A stretch of 63,186 nucleotides of DNA, filler included, from Psammoneis japonica (lineage: Eukaryota): the NCBI GenBank assembly GCA_008632985.1. It is 3 parts of 3 records of this genome, joined end to end, with 100 filler letters (N's around TTAATTAATTAA, not from the genome) between each part and the next. Parts side by side here need not be neighbours in the genome. Positions count along the whole stretch, not along the records: positions 1 to 23,108 come from QPGO01000434.1; positions 23,209 to 46,033 come from QPGO01000436.1; 1 more part is not named here. One strand, 5' to 3'. This document shows, in pieces, positions 22,632-33,169 of the stretch. Made by a program: the position numbers and the translations under genes. Every line of letters begins with the position of its first letter. Within the stretch, counting starts at the first letter, position 1. The notes under the pieces are model-generated. The model searched no databases. It was not told where the DNA came from and saw only the letters and a list, made by a program, of their open reading frames with translations.

Positions 22632-23108
22632 TCATACCTGCAAGTGCTCCACTCGTCTGACTCCTTTCTCTCGCCAGAGAGCAGAATCAACCGTGTGGTC
22701 GTTTGCGCTGAAAGTAAGCGTGGGCTCTTCCTCAGCCATCTTGGGCTCGACCTCACCACCAAAGGCTCGTTGAAAGATAGAGGCAAACTGCTCTAGCATA
22801 CTGTTCTTCTCACCAGGAACAATCGACCTGTCATCACCCAACGCCATTGCCCAGAAACTTACTAGGTCGAGTGGAGTCATACGTGACGTATGAAGAGCAA
22901 AATTGTCCATCATTCGTGCTCCAGATTGTCGGGCTACGCCAGGAAAACCAAGCTCCAAAGCGCTGGCTACGCCATACATTTTCACGCTCACTTTCAAAAG
23001 TGGAGCGGTAAAAATACTGGCATATTCTTCTCGCGCGATACTTTCAATTTTATCCATGCAAGCATCTTTGTCAACGATTGGCATGCTCTTCCATTGAAGA
23101 ATATCTAG
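22632..23108 (-). CDS. 3' part of hypothetical protein cut by the contig end
   Basis: Open frame of >=150 codons with normal composition reaching towards the gap; no motif recognised. Confidence 0.45.
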   Translation of the reverse strand, partial: LDILQWKSMPIVDKDACMDKIESIAREEYASIFTAPLLKVSVKMYGVASALELGFPGVARQSGARMMDNFALHTSRMTPLDLVSFWAMALGDDRSIVPGEKNSMLEQFASIFQRAFGGEVEPKMAEEEPTLTFSANDHTVDSALWREKGVRRVEHLQV

Positions 23109-23208
23109 NNNNNNNNNNNNNNNNNNNNNNNNNNNNNNNNNNNNNNNNNNNNTTAATTAATTAANNNNNNNNNNNNNNNNNNNNNNNNNNNNNNNNNNNN
23201 NNNNNNNN
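23109..23208. other. Artificial contig linker (N-run + TTAATTAATTAA + N-run)
   Basis: Six-frame stop spacer; identical structure at 46034-46133. Confidence 0.97.
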
Positions 23209-26200
23209 TCCTCCCCCTCTTCCGCAACGGTTCCATCCGCGCCCTCTACGACCAATCCCGTTCGATCCCTGCTCCCGACACATCCGACGAACCTCCTGAC
23301 TTTGACAACACATCCTACGCCCACTCCGCCCAAGTTGCCGCCAACGTCAATGACCTCCATGCCGCCTGCGCCCGGGCCACCTCCTCCCTCCCCATCGCCT
23401 CTCTCACCCCCGAACGCATGGAGCTTGTCAAGCAACTCCACCCGCCCCGCAAACACCCACCGCTTCCTTCCCCCCCATCCACCAGACACCACCGCTCTAC
23501 CTCCTCCCCCCTGCACTTCACCACCAACGACCTCCGCAAAGCCCTCGCTAAATGTCAACCAGGCAAAGCTCCCGGCACCTTTGCCGATTCCACCGACCTG
23601 TTCAAGGCCCACGCCCTCCACCGCCACTCCACCCCAACCTCCACCTCATGCCCCTGCCTGCTCACCTTCAAACATCTGCTTGACCTCATTCTTGCAGCAG
23701 ACATCCCCACATCCATCAAGCCCGCCTTTTCTTCCAACTGCTTCCTCGCTCTCCACAAAGACTCCTCCAACCTTTCCAAACTTCGCCCCATCGGCGTCGG
23801 AACTGCCCTTCGCAGAATCGTCGGCACCCTCATCATGTTCCTCTTTGCCGCCACCTTCGCTGCCAACCTCCTCCTCTCCGGCCAATTCGGAGTCGGCGTC
23901 AAAGGCGGTCTCGACCACCTGGTCGACACCACCTGTGCCAACATTGAGCAATTCTTTGACCCAGACTCCACTCCAACCAAGGCCCTCCTCCTCCTCGACT
24001 CATCAAATTGTTTCAATGAATGCTCCCGTGACGCTTGTCGCGACACCCTCGACAACTCTGACGAATGCCACCCCCTCATCCCTTTCTTCGACCTGCTCTG
24101 CCAAAACCCCAACACTTGCTGGTGCCGTGACCACCGCTTGCAATGGTCCTCCTTCTCTCAGCCCGAAGGATTTGCTCAAGGCTGCCCCCTCAGCCCTGCC
24201 TTCTCCTGCCTTGTTTTGGCTCATGCATTCCAACCCATCAACGACGACCTACATCGTCGACTCCCTCCCCGCTCCAAGTCTGCCACCTCTTCTCACATCA
24301 ACGACACCCACATCTTCCTTCCCTTCTCCCAGCTCCCCTGGTTCCTCAAGCGCCTTTCTACCTCTGGTCCCCAATTCGGCATCAAGCTCAACCCCTCCAA
24401 GACCCAAATTCTCACCTCCATCACCGGCTCCTCTCCCATCAACTGCCTTCCACCCTCCGACACTGCTGCACTGTCCGAGGCCCTAGCCTTCCTCAACCCT
24501 CACAACGATCCCCACATCACACCCGAAATCACCACCGGCACTCGCTTCCTCGGTCGGCCCATCGGCTCACCCGCTTTCGCCCTCGATTTCCTCTGCAATG
24601 AGGCCATTTCCTTTGCCACCGACCTTCATCGCCTCACCGTCCGGCTCACCGACAAACAAACACAGAGCACCCTCTTCCACAAGTGCTCACTCCCTTCCAT
24701 CACCCACCTGCTGTCTGTGGACGCATGCTGCAACCTTTTGCCCTCCGATGACTTTCCACCTCCCTTTCAGTGAGCATCCCCCTTCGTCGACAAAATCATT
24801 GGCCACTCCCTGCGATTCCTCACCTGCCTCACCCAATGCACAGACCCCCTTCCATCTGCCTCCAAACTCATTGCCACCCTGCCCGTCTCTTTGGGCGGCA
24901 TCAGATGTCGCGACATCTCCGCCGTCGCCATCCCTGCCCTCATCACCTCCCTCCTCTGCTCCATCCGCTGCACCAAACATGGCATCCCACTGACCGGTGG
25001 TGCCATCTTCCACCTTCCCTCAAGCCGCTCTTCTGCTCTTGGTTCATGGTCCAACCCCCGCTCCACCCTCTCCCTCTACCAAATCTTCCGCCACTGCGCT
25101 CCCACCCTTCTCAAGCTCGACTCCCCCTCTTTTACCTCCCTTTCGCACGCAGTCGAACACCACAACCTACGCGGTCTCTCACAGCGCCTCCACCTGCACC
25201 ATCACACACACCACACCCTCCCCTTAATCCTCGCCGATCCTTCCATCCAACCGACACTCCCATCCCTGCTGTCGCCCCTCACAAGCCTGTGCCTTCACTC
25301 CCCATCCCGCATCCCACCCTCCAATCGCCTTCTGCCCCATCTTTTCATGATCCTCCTCTTGCGCAAGCTCCGTCTCCCTGTCATCCCACCCAACCTCTCC
25401 CAACACAACTGCCCATGCGGTCACGCCCGCCCCGACCCATGCGGCGATCACGCCTTTGCTTGCTCCAAAATGCACAAAGGCCCCCTGTCCAACCACATCC
25501 GTGACACGGTCTGTGCAATCATCGAGACCCTTGGTCCTCCATGCGGCCTCTGCCGATCCCGCCAACAAGTCTGCCTTGACCCTGCCGGACTCCCACCCGA
25601 CCACCCTCTAAAACGCCCCGCCAACCCTCTAAAACGCCCCCCCAACCCCAACTCACCCCCGGCTCCACACCACCAGACGCCCCATCCACCCATCAATTCA
25701 CAGCAATTGACATCACCGTGCCACCCGCTCCCCCACCTCCTGCACCTGGTTTGCCTGTCCCTGAAAACCCACTTGACAAGGCTCACCTCAGCAGCACTCG
25801 GGACAAGCTCCTCGGCTGCTCTACATCCTCCGCCCACGGTTCTGACATCATCGACGCCATCAACCAAGCAGGCCTCTTCCTCCTCCCTTTCACCTTCGAT
25901 CACCTGGGAGGCATCGGACGCCACTTCCATCTTTTCTTTTTTGGCGCCTCCACCACTGCCTCCTCCTCCGTCCCCCCCCTCCCCCCAAACCGCCCTGGTC
26001 CCATCCATCCTCTTTCTCTAACTCTCAAGCATCCTTCTCTGCCTTCACCAACTCCCTTTTGGCTCCTTCCAACCTCCTCACCCAATCTAACGCGGCCTGG
26101 AAACAACTTTCCCCCGCCCACTTCAGCTCCTCCTGCCATGCTGCCACACCCCTGCTTTGGGCTTCCCAAACCCTCAGCCTCAACTTTGGCTTTGCTCTCT

Positions 26201-26370
26201 CCAACCATCTCTCTGCATGTCGAGCTTTCCTCCTCCGCCATCCCTCCATCACCAACTCCTCCTCCCGACCGTCCGTCCGCACCCTCGGCCAACCCTTTTT
26301 CTCTCCCTCTCCCAGCGCGCTCCGCGCGTCCGCGCGCTCCCTCCGCCACCTATTTCCCCAACACCACAAC
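23209..26370 (+). mobile_element. Non-LTR retrotransposon of the restriction-like-endonuclease group (CRE-like), decayed, 5' end lost at gap
   Basis: RT motifs KAPG, LRPIGVGTALRR, QFGVG, LLD.SNCFN, GFAQGCPLSP, ShInD (YxDD), GIKLNPSKT, FLG.PIG; LP..LGG; CCHC finger CPC...DHAFAC; RPA(D) and IDITV RLE motifs; very C-rich sense strand. Confidence 0.9.
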
Positions 26371-26372
26371 TA

Positions 26373-26953
26373 CCAGTAAAAAACCGAATTGAGTCCTTGT
26401 GACTGAACTGAGTCCTTGTCCGACCCACATGTTGAATCGATCGATAAAATGATGAAAAAACCAAGTAATCAAACTGTTTTTGTTGCTGTGATAATCTTCA
26501 ATTGCTGCTGCTTCTGACCATGTGTTTGGATTTGGGTGTTTCAGTTTTCTCCGGCTGCCCGTTGCCGTCGAACATGGTCGTTTGTATTTTTTGAAGCGGA
26601 AACGAGATTCAACAATTCTCATGTAATTTTTTTATCAAGACACGTACATCATATATCCTCACTGCTCCGTGCTGCTTGCTGATTTGGAGATATGTTGAAT
26701 TTCTTCTGGTACTTGACACGTAGAAATGTACAGGGGGGCCGAATTGAGTCATTACGCGAAAAAGGTGCAACTTTTGCAGCTAGATTAAGCTAATCCCAAG
26801 CCCATTTCACAACCGACTATCATCAAAGAACTCGTTAAGAGATGATGAAAAGCTAGGAAATGCGAAGAAATGGTCAGTTTTAGGCCAATGATGGGCAAAA
26901 AATGGCCATTCAACATATGGCAAAAATAAGGACTCAATTCGGTTTTTTACTGG
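26373..26953. mobile_element. MITE, 26-bp perfect TIRs, TA TSD
   Basis: TA|CCAGTAAAAAACCGAATTGAGTCCTT ... AAGGACTCAATTCGGTTTTTTACTGG|TA; partial internal TIR copies near 26406 and 26739; no coding capacity. Confidence 0.92.
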
Positions 26954-27117
26954 TACCGACCCCATAAATATCTAATTCTTAAAAGTATGAGCGATGACTC
27001 AAAATGCTCTGCCTGTTTTGGGTTTATTATTGCAACCCGAACCGTTTGATCTCCCATTGTAGGATACGCCTGATTGAATGGCACAGTTGATAGCTGAGTT
27101 ATACGTAGAAGAAAAAA

Positions 27118-27918
27118 ATGTCAACGGGTTTTGGGCAGTGGTATGAGGATCAAAAAACATCCGAGGAGGACGGCAACGAAACATCCTCCTCGTGGTGGGG
27201 CGGCGACGGCGATACGCTTCCTCTGTTTGGAGACACGAGTCAGTACAGCATGTCCAGTCTCAAGGCTAGTATGGAGTCACAAATGCCACAGAAAGTCATG
27301 GGTATGAATTATCAGCAGCGACTAAAGGTATGTTTCAAAAATTTGAACTCGGTATGTTTGTTGCGAGGCCGTTGAAACGAATTCGCTTTCACTTGCTCAA
27401 CCGTTGTTGTTGATTGCCAATCATGTTTTTGTATTCAAAAGATGTTTACGGTTTTGATCTTTCTATCGGCGCTCTTCTTTGGCTTGGGATTCGGCGTGGG
27501 CATGCCTCTTATTGCCGTTCGGCCTCAAAAATTCGCTCTCTGTTTCACATTCGGATCGCTTACGTTTATGGGAAGCTTTGGTATTCTAGTTGGTCCTATG
27601 GAGCACTTCAAAAGCATGCTGACTGCAGAAAGACTTCCCTTTACAACTATCTATCTTGCGAGCATGTTTGCGACCATTTACTTTACCTTTAATGCTGGTG
27701 GCGCATCTGGTTACGTCCTTGTGTTGGCGTCAAGTGGCTGTCAATTAGTGGCGCTCTTGTGGTACCTTATATCCTTTATACCCGGTGGATCGGCGGGACT
27801 GCATATGCTAGCGAGTGCCATGGCGAAACTTTTACGACCAGTCGTTGTGGCGTGTGTCAAACTCCAAGCAGCCTGCGTCGCTCGATTTGCTAGCTGGATG
27901 ACGAGTAGCAATTCATAA
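27118..27918 (+). CDS. Got1/Sft2-family vesicle transport protein; 2 exons (27118-27327, 27442-27918)
   Basis: MNYQQRLK|MF, RPQKFALCFTFGS, GPMEHFKSM...RLPFT..Y, ALLWYLISFIPGG; in-frame 114-bp GT..AG intron. Confidence 0.92.
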
Positions 27919-28743
27919 GTGGTGTTGGATGGCAATACGTTTTTGCGCTCCTTTTATGCTTTGACCTGGATCAACATGCTATGAAGGAACTCATAAACTT
28001 GTGCTTGGGTCATGGGATAAGGTGTGGACTGCAGTACAATACAGAAGTTGATGTCGCCCGCTCTTTGACGGAAAGATTTCATTATTGCGAACACTATTCT
28101 TGCATAAGTTTCTTCTCTTACACTAATTACGTATCGCCACACCTCTAGAGCAAGCCCACTAGTAGAGGAAGGTCTCAATAATTTGCTGTTTCTACGACTA
28201 CATCAAAGCATAACAACCTTTACACGCAGGAATGCCCACTACTTCTAGTTTCAAGTTTCTTCTCGGCAGTTGCTCTTTTCAGCCTCAGCTTTGCGAATTG
28301 CAACTAGCTTTTTGTTTCCTTTTTCAGTGCATTCCTCGTCAAACTAAAAACTCTAGATTAACCCATGTTTCGAGGGGAAAAGCAACACAAATTGGAAATA
28401 CAGTAGTTCGCTCTCGCTAGCTAGGGTAGCGCCGTCCTGGTGCAGGGTGCAGGCAGGACAGATGGACGGACGGAAAGACGTTGGTCGTGAAATGGTCTGT
28501 CCATCTTCAGTCTCAAGTCACGGAAAATGATGTGAAGATCGATCCGGGACTGGTGAAGGAACGGAAATCTCTACGTGATTTTGTACTGGATGCTACGTAG
28601 GTTGCGTTGTTACGTACTGGTCGCATCACTCTAATTTTTTCGAAATTTTGAGCAACGAGAAAAAACGAACATACCGTTGCATTCATGGCCGGAACACACC
28701 GAAGAGGCAGAAGAACCAGAGAAAAGAGAAACAAGCCAACCCA

Positions 28744-30405
28744 ATGACAAAGAGGCATATTGAGAGAGATGGGACGACCAGCGAGGTCACACTTGATGAA
28801 GCGTTTGTCCCATATGAGATTGAGGTACCATCGTCTGGAAGCCTCGAAGGGATTAGGAGACGATGTACGCGACCTGTCGTCATTGTTACCATATTAATAC
28901 TGATTACAATTGGAGCTATTTTGGCGATTGCAGTGGTGACGACTAGACCGAAAAAAGGCGCAGCCAGCGTTGCCTCTGAACCACCTGAAAGTACAGTTCC
29001 ACTTACGATTTTGATTCAACTTGACGAGAAGCCTCAAGAAACGGGATGGGCACTGGCGTGTCAGTCTCAACCCGTGACGTCTGTTCGTGCCGGGTCTTAC
29101 ACCCAACCGAATGCACAAATTCAGGTACTTGTTCATGTTGTGGAGGGAGAAGTATGCATACTCTCTGTTGTGGATACTGGGGGAGATGGCATCCAAGATG
29201 GATTCTTTGAGGTGTACTTTGGTGATTTTTCTGGCCGACTGACCCGACGTGTCTTACGCCAGATCCCTGATCCCATTCTTTACATTTCAGGAGATTTTAC
29301 TTTTGAGACGCAAGGGTTGTTTACCGCCTTAGCTCCAGATTCGCCAACTTCAGGTCCAACGACGACTGGCAATCCGCAGACTGAAATTCCTCAGCCACCA
29401 ACACCAACTCCAGGGTCTCCTACATTTTCTCCCACGATATTGCCACCGGGGTCTCCTACAATATCTCCCACGACATTGCCACCAGGATCCCCAACAATAC
29501 CCCCGACGATTCTATCACCAGTCCAACCTAGCCAAAGGCCAACAATAACTGCCACTTTGTCACCGACAGAAAGAGACCCAATAGATGATCCTACGCCGCC
29601 ATCAACTCCGTCACGGACACAACGACCGACTCCTAGACCAACACCTCGAGACACGCCAGAGACACCTGAACCTACGACTCCTCCTGTGACGCCCACTCCA
29701 ACACTGCCATCGCGTACGCAGCGTCCGACTCCTCGAGACACGCCTTCTCCGACCCGAAAACCAACTGATGTACCATCACCGCGTCCAACAGATAGGCCGA
29801 CAAGTCCACCAACACCGCTTCCCTCTCCTGAACCTACGAGACCTCCGACATCGCCTCCTTCTTCTGAACCTACGAGACTTCCAACACAAAATCCGACAAG
29901 GCGGCCAACGCCACCTCCAGGATTGCCTTCTGTCGAGGTCAAATTCGAGAACAGCTACTCTGGTCTCTGCCTGAGCTATGATGATTACGAACCATTCAAT
30001 TTTCAGTTTGATGAGGAGACAGAGTACAGCTTACGCACAGACGAGTCGTGCAGCAGCAATGACAGAACGATCTGGAGTTTCCAAGCTGAAAACAACATAT
30101 TTGCGGGTAGCGGATTGATTCAAATAGAGTTGGAAGATGGTAGCCTCAGATGTCTCGCTGTGGCCTATCCTGGTCGAGACCAAATAGCTTATCCTCTCGA
30201 CTTGCTTCCTTGTGTTGAATCGGATGACGAGTTTCGTTGGAAGCTGGAAGAAGTACCAGAGAGTGACGACTTGTATCAAATTGTGAATGAAGAGTTTGAC
30301 CTTTGCATTGATTTCTGCAAGAGCTGTTCCGAAAATAACGTATGGGTACGTCGCTGTGAAGAGGATAACGACGACCAGAACTTTGCTGTCCTGAGAGAAC
30401 CATAG
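28744..30405 (+). CDS. Type II membrane/surface protein: TM anchor, small beta domain, Pro/Thr-rich (PT-repeat) stalk, C-terminal ricin-B-like lectin domain
   Basis: Hydrophobic VVIVTILILITIGAILAIAVV; PTRxPT and PGSPTxxPT repeats; three CL/CI...C...W/F repeats at the C-terminus. Confidence 0.8.
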   Translation: MTKRHIERDGTTSEVTLDEAFVPYEIEVPSSGSLEGIRRRCTRPVVIVTILILITIGAILAIAVVTTRPKKGAASVASEPPESTVPLTILIQLDEKPQETGWALACQSQPVTSVRAGSYTQPNAQIQVLVHVVEGEVCILSVVDTGGDGIQDGFFEVYFGDFSGRLTRRVLRQIPDPILYISGDFTFETQGLFTALAPDSPTSGPTTTGNPQTEIPQPPTPTPGSPTFSPTILPPGSPTISPTTLPPGSPTIPPTILSPVQPSQRPTITATLSPTERDPIDDPTPPSTPSRTQRPTPRPTPRDTPETPEPTTPPVTPTPTLPSRTQRPTPRDTPSPTRKPTDVPSPRPTDRPTSPPTPLPSPEPTRPPTSPPSSEPTRLPTQNPTRRPTPPPGLPSVEVKFENSYSGLCLSYDDYEPFNFQFDEETEYSLRTDESCSSNDRTIWSFQAENNIFAGSGLIQIELEDGSLRCLAVAYPGRDQIAYPLDLLPCVESDDEFRWKLEEVPESDDLYQIVNEEFDLCIDFCKSCSENNVWVRRCEEDNDDQNFAVLREP

Positions 30406-30908
30406 AAAGAGTAGCTCAGCTGACCTGAGGATTGCTACGCAGTGAAAAATAATGAACTGTAAAGCTGGCGAGTCGCAGCGAGACAAGACTAATTGCGTCT
30501 AGGATTCTCGCATGACCACACCTACCCTACCGCTGCTTGCTAATTCATATCCATACAAAATCCATTTGTTCATGATGCTGGATAGACGGACACAATCAAT
30601 AGACGGAGGTGCAATTGAAGTTGATGGTGGCTTACATCTTTCATAGTAGCACCTAATCAAACTTGACAACGCCTCAATTAAAAGATAGGCATGTCAAAGT
30701 AGAAACTTAGTTATTGTACATTATTTCCACGTGACCCCTACTGTATCGAGGCGGAGTGAATCCAATCGAGCATATCGGAGGTATATGTGGTCTAGTATTC
30801 GACTTTCCCTGGGTTTACATTCAAAAAAGGGCTTATCTTGTTTTTCAACGTCGTTTTTTGAATTGTCGCTTCGTCGCCTTTCGTTTGTCCTACTCTACCC
30901 TTCAATCC

Positions 30909-31870
30909 TTAGTCTCGGAAACGACAAACGCAGCAACATACCAGTAGAAGCATCATGCTATGAATCACCATGCCTAATAGTTGTTGCTCCACATGCGCAC
31001 CGACGTGTTCAAATGCATACTCTGCCACGGTGAACAAGGCATAGAAAAAGGTCAATACGCACAGTAGGGTCAGCAAGACTGTGCAGCATGTTTTGGGACC
31101 CAATGTTGTATCGAAAAAGTAATAGAGAAAATGCGGTCCACCCCCTGGTATCCATCTATGTATCATGCTCCAAGTAAACGCAACGTAACAAACACCAAAG
31201 AGCGGTGCTACAGAAAAGTCTGACGATCGCACCGGGAGGCCACCCAACAAGCCAACCTCTGAAAGAGAAAGCACTACGTTGGCATTATGCCATAGCAAGG
31301 TCCGCACAGTCTTTAGCGGAGACGTGTCTACCTTGCACCGAAGCATGTTTGTCCATATTCCGTATCGAACAACCATGGACACCAAGAGACTTGTTGGAGC
31401 AGCAATTTCAAACAGCACTACAGCAAGTCGCAGCATCCAACGAGGTATGTTTTGCTCCTGAAGGATGCAGTGACAAATCATGGCGTTGATTCCAAAGGAA
31501 GCTGTTAATATATTCCACGCCCAACTTGTGAATGGCATCATCGTCCGAAAGCCATGCATGGGTATTAAAGCTTTTTGCACTTGGACTTGGGCAAGTAATT
31601 TGTGGCCTGATCCCAGCCGGGTCGGAAAAACACTTCCCGAACTTGCAAGGTCAACATAAAGATGGCAATCACTGTACGTATCCACGTCAGAGTTGGTAGA
31701 GATAGTATGTCATCAAACACTCGATTCGTAAAGGTTTCCACAGTCGCAATCTCATCGAGCGACTTCCAATTGGGTAGCGTCTTTACAAACACAGCAGACA
31801 TCACTCCCAGCAAAGCTACCGCTGCAAGTGGAGGCGTCCCATCTGCTTCCTTTCTAACTTCTGTTGCCAT
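30909..31870 (-). CDS. Multi-pass membrane protein (FAR-17a/AIG1-like), one frameshift near 31580
   Basis: ORF 31870-31565 joins ORF 31685-30909 if one base is restored at SK|(L)QKAL; motifs FTSWAW, HNAN, FLYYFFDTTLG. Confidence 0.7.
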
Positions 31871-32236
31871 CTGATGCTTCAGTCGTACACCTCTTTTGGG
31901 GGTTGCTCTTCAGATTCAGTTGCTACTCTGATAGCTATTAGAGTCTATCGCATTGCTGTTTCGGCAAGCCTCAAGCCGATGATTGCATGTCGGGGAGCAA
32001 GAAATTCCGGATTTTCTTCCGTAGAATTTACTCGACCTAAATTCTACTCATACATTCCAAGTCTGACAAAGGGCTGCATTGCATGAGGGGGTTACTTTCG
32101 ACCAAATTGTTCCCCCGTTATGTCCCGCCGGTAAACTGACGAACATCGCAGAAATATGAGCGATACTATGGCGAACTTTGCGGCGCTGCATCGCTTCAGT
32201 CTTGGCGGATATTCGAACATAGAAGGTAGATGAGCA

Positions 32237-33074
32237 ATGCCCTTCTCTGCTAGAAATAGCGTTGCTATTGTGCCGTCTACTGCGGTCGCTGTTGCGTGGT
32301 GGCAGCTTCTGCGATTTTTTTCCAGAGAAGAAAATCGTTCGACGACGAACCAACGCGGTGTGCAAAGTATTCATGTGAATGTGGAAAGGTTCAGGCCAAT
32401 ATCTCTATTCCACCTGCTAATTATAGGTACATTGAGATCCCTTCCTTTCAGTGCTTATGCAATGATTGCGTCGATTTTGTGAACAAGGTATAAGACCAAC
32501 GCACAAACCGGGTATCTACGTTAATGAGTTCTTTTCACGTTTGTGTGGCTAAATCTATTTTGTTTTATTTTCATCATTTCTATCAAAGGTTCAATCGCAT
32601 TCCGCTTCAAACAACAACAGATTGCTTTCTCCCGGAATCGAAACCTTGGTTTTGCTAGACTCGGAAATTGAGCTCACTTCTGGCGCGGATTTGATTCGAT
32701 CAATGAAACTATCCAAGAACACCGAGAACCGCCGCATCTATTCAACTTGCTGTGCAACGCCCATGGCAATAAGCATAATGGGAACAGGCGTCACCTTGAT
32801 TTATACAAAAAACTTGAATGACGAAAACAGCAGCATGCCGGAGTTGAAACCAATCGTGTGTTTCAACGTCAATGGCAAGATCAAACAACAAGACTATCCC
32901 GAGTTGAAGCTTTCACAGGGACAGCTTGCCCCAAAAGCGATTCTTTATTGTCTGGCACATATGGCATCCATTGCATTGCTCGGGAAAAAAGATGGACAAG
33001 GAAAAGGATTTCCCATGGAAGGAGAGATAGACGTTGGAATCGACTCGATTGATTCAAGATTTGAGTCACAATAA
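32237..33074 (+). CDS. DUF6151/GFA (Mss4-like) Zn-binding protein; intron 32488-32588, probable frameshift near 32296
   Basis: CECGKV, CLCNDC, RIYSTCCATPM motifs; in-frame GT..AG intron. Confidence 0.72.
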
Positions 33075-33169
33075 GTGACGGGTGAACCGCTTTCCAGTGA
33101 TGTGTTTAGGTTGTTGTAGTGCAACTTTATATCTCGCTAGTGACCCATTTGTTGTTTTGTAGCTTGTGT

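Noticed and set aside
23109..23208. TTAATTAATTAA palindrome between N-runs (also 46034-46133)
   Set aside because: Artificial six-frame-stop contig linker; adjacency across it cannot be assumed.
23302..24486. 394-aa Pro/Ser-rich ORF and Gly-rich antisense ORFs over the LINE
   Set aside because: Alternative frames of a C-rich, TA-depleted RT gene; no independent coding evidence.
29391..29942. Gly/Val-rich antisense ORF
   Set aside because: Mirror of the Pro/Thr repeat stalk on the plus strand.
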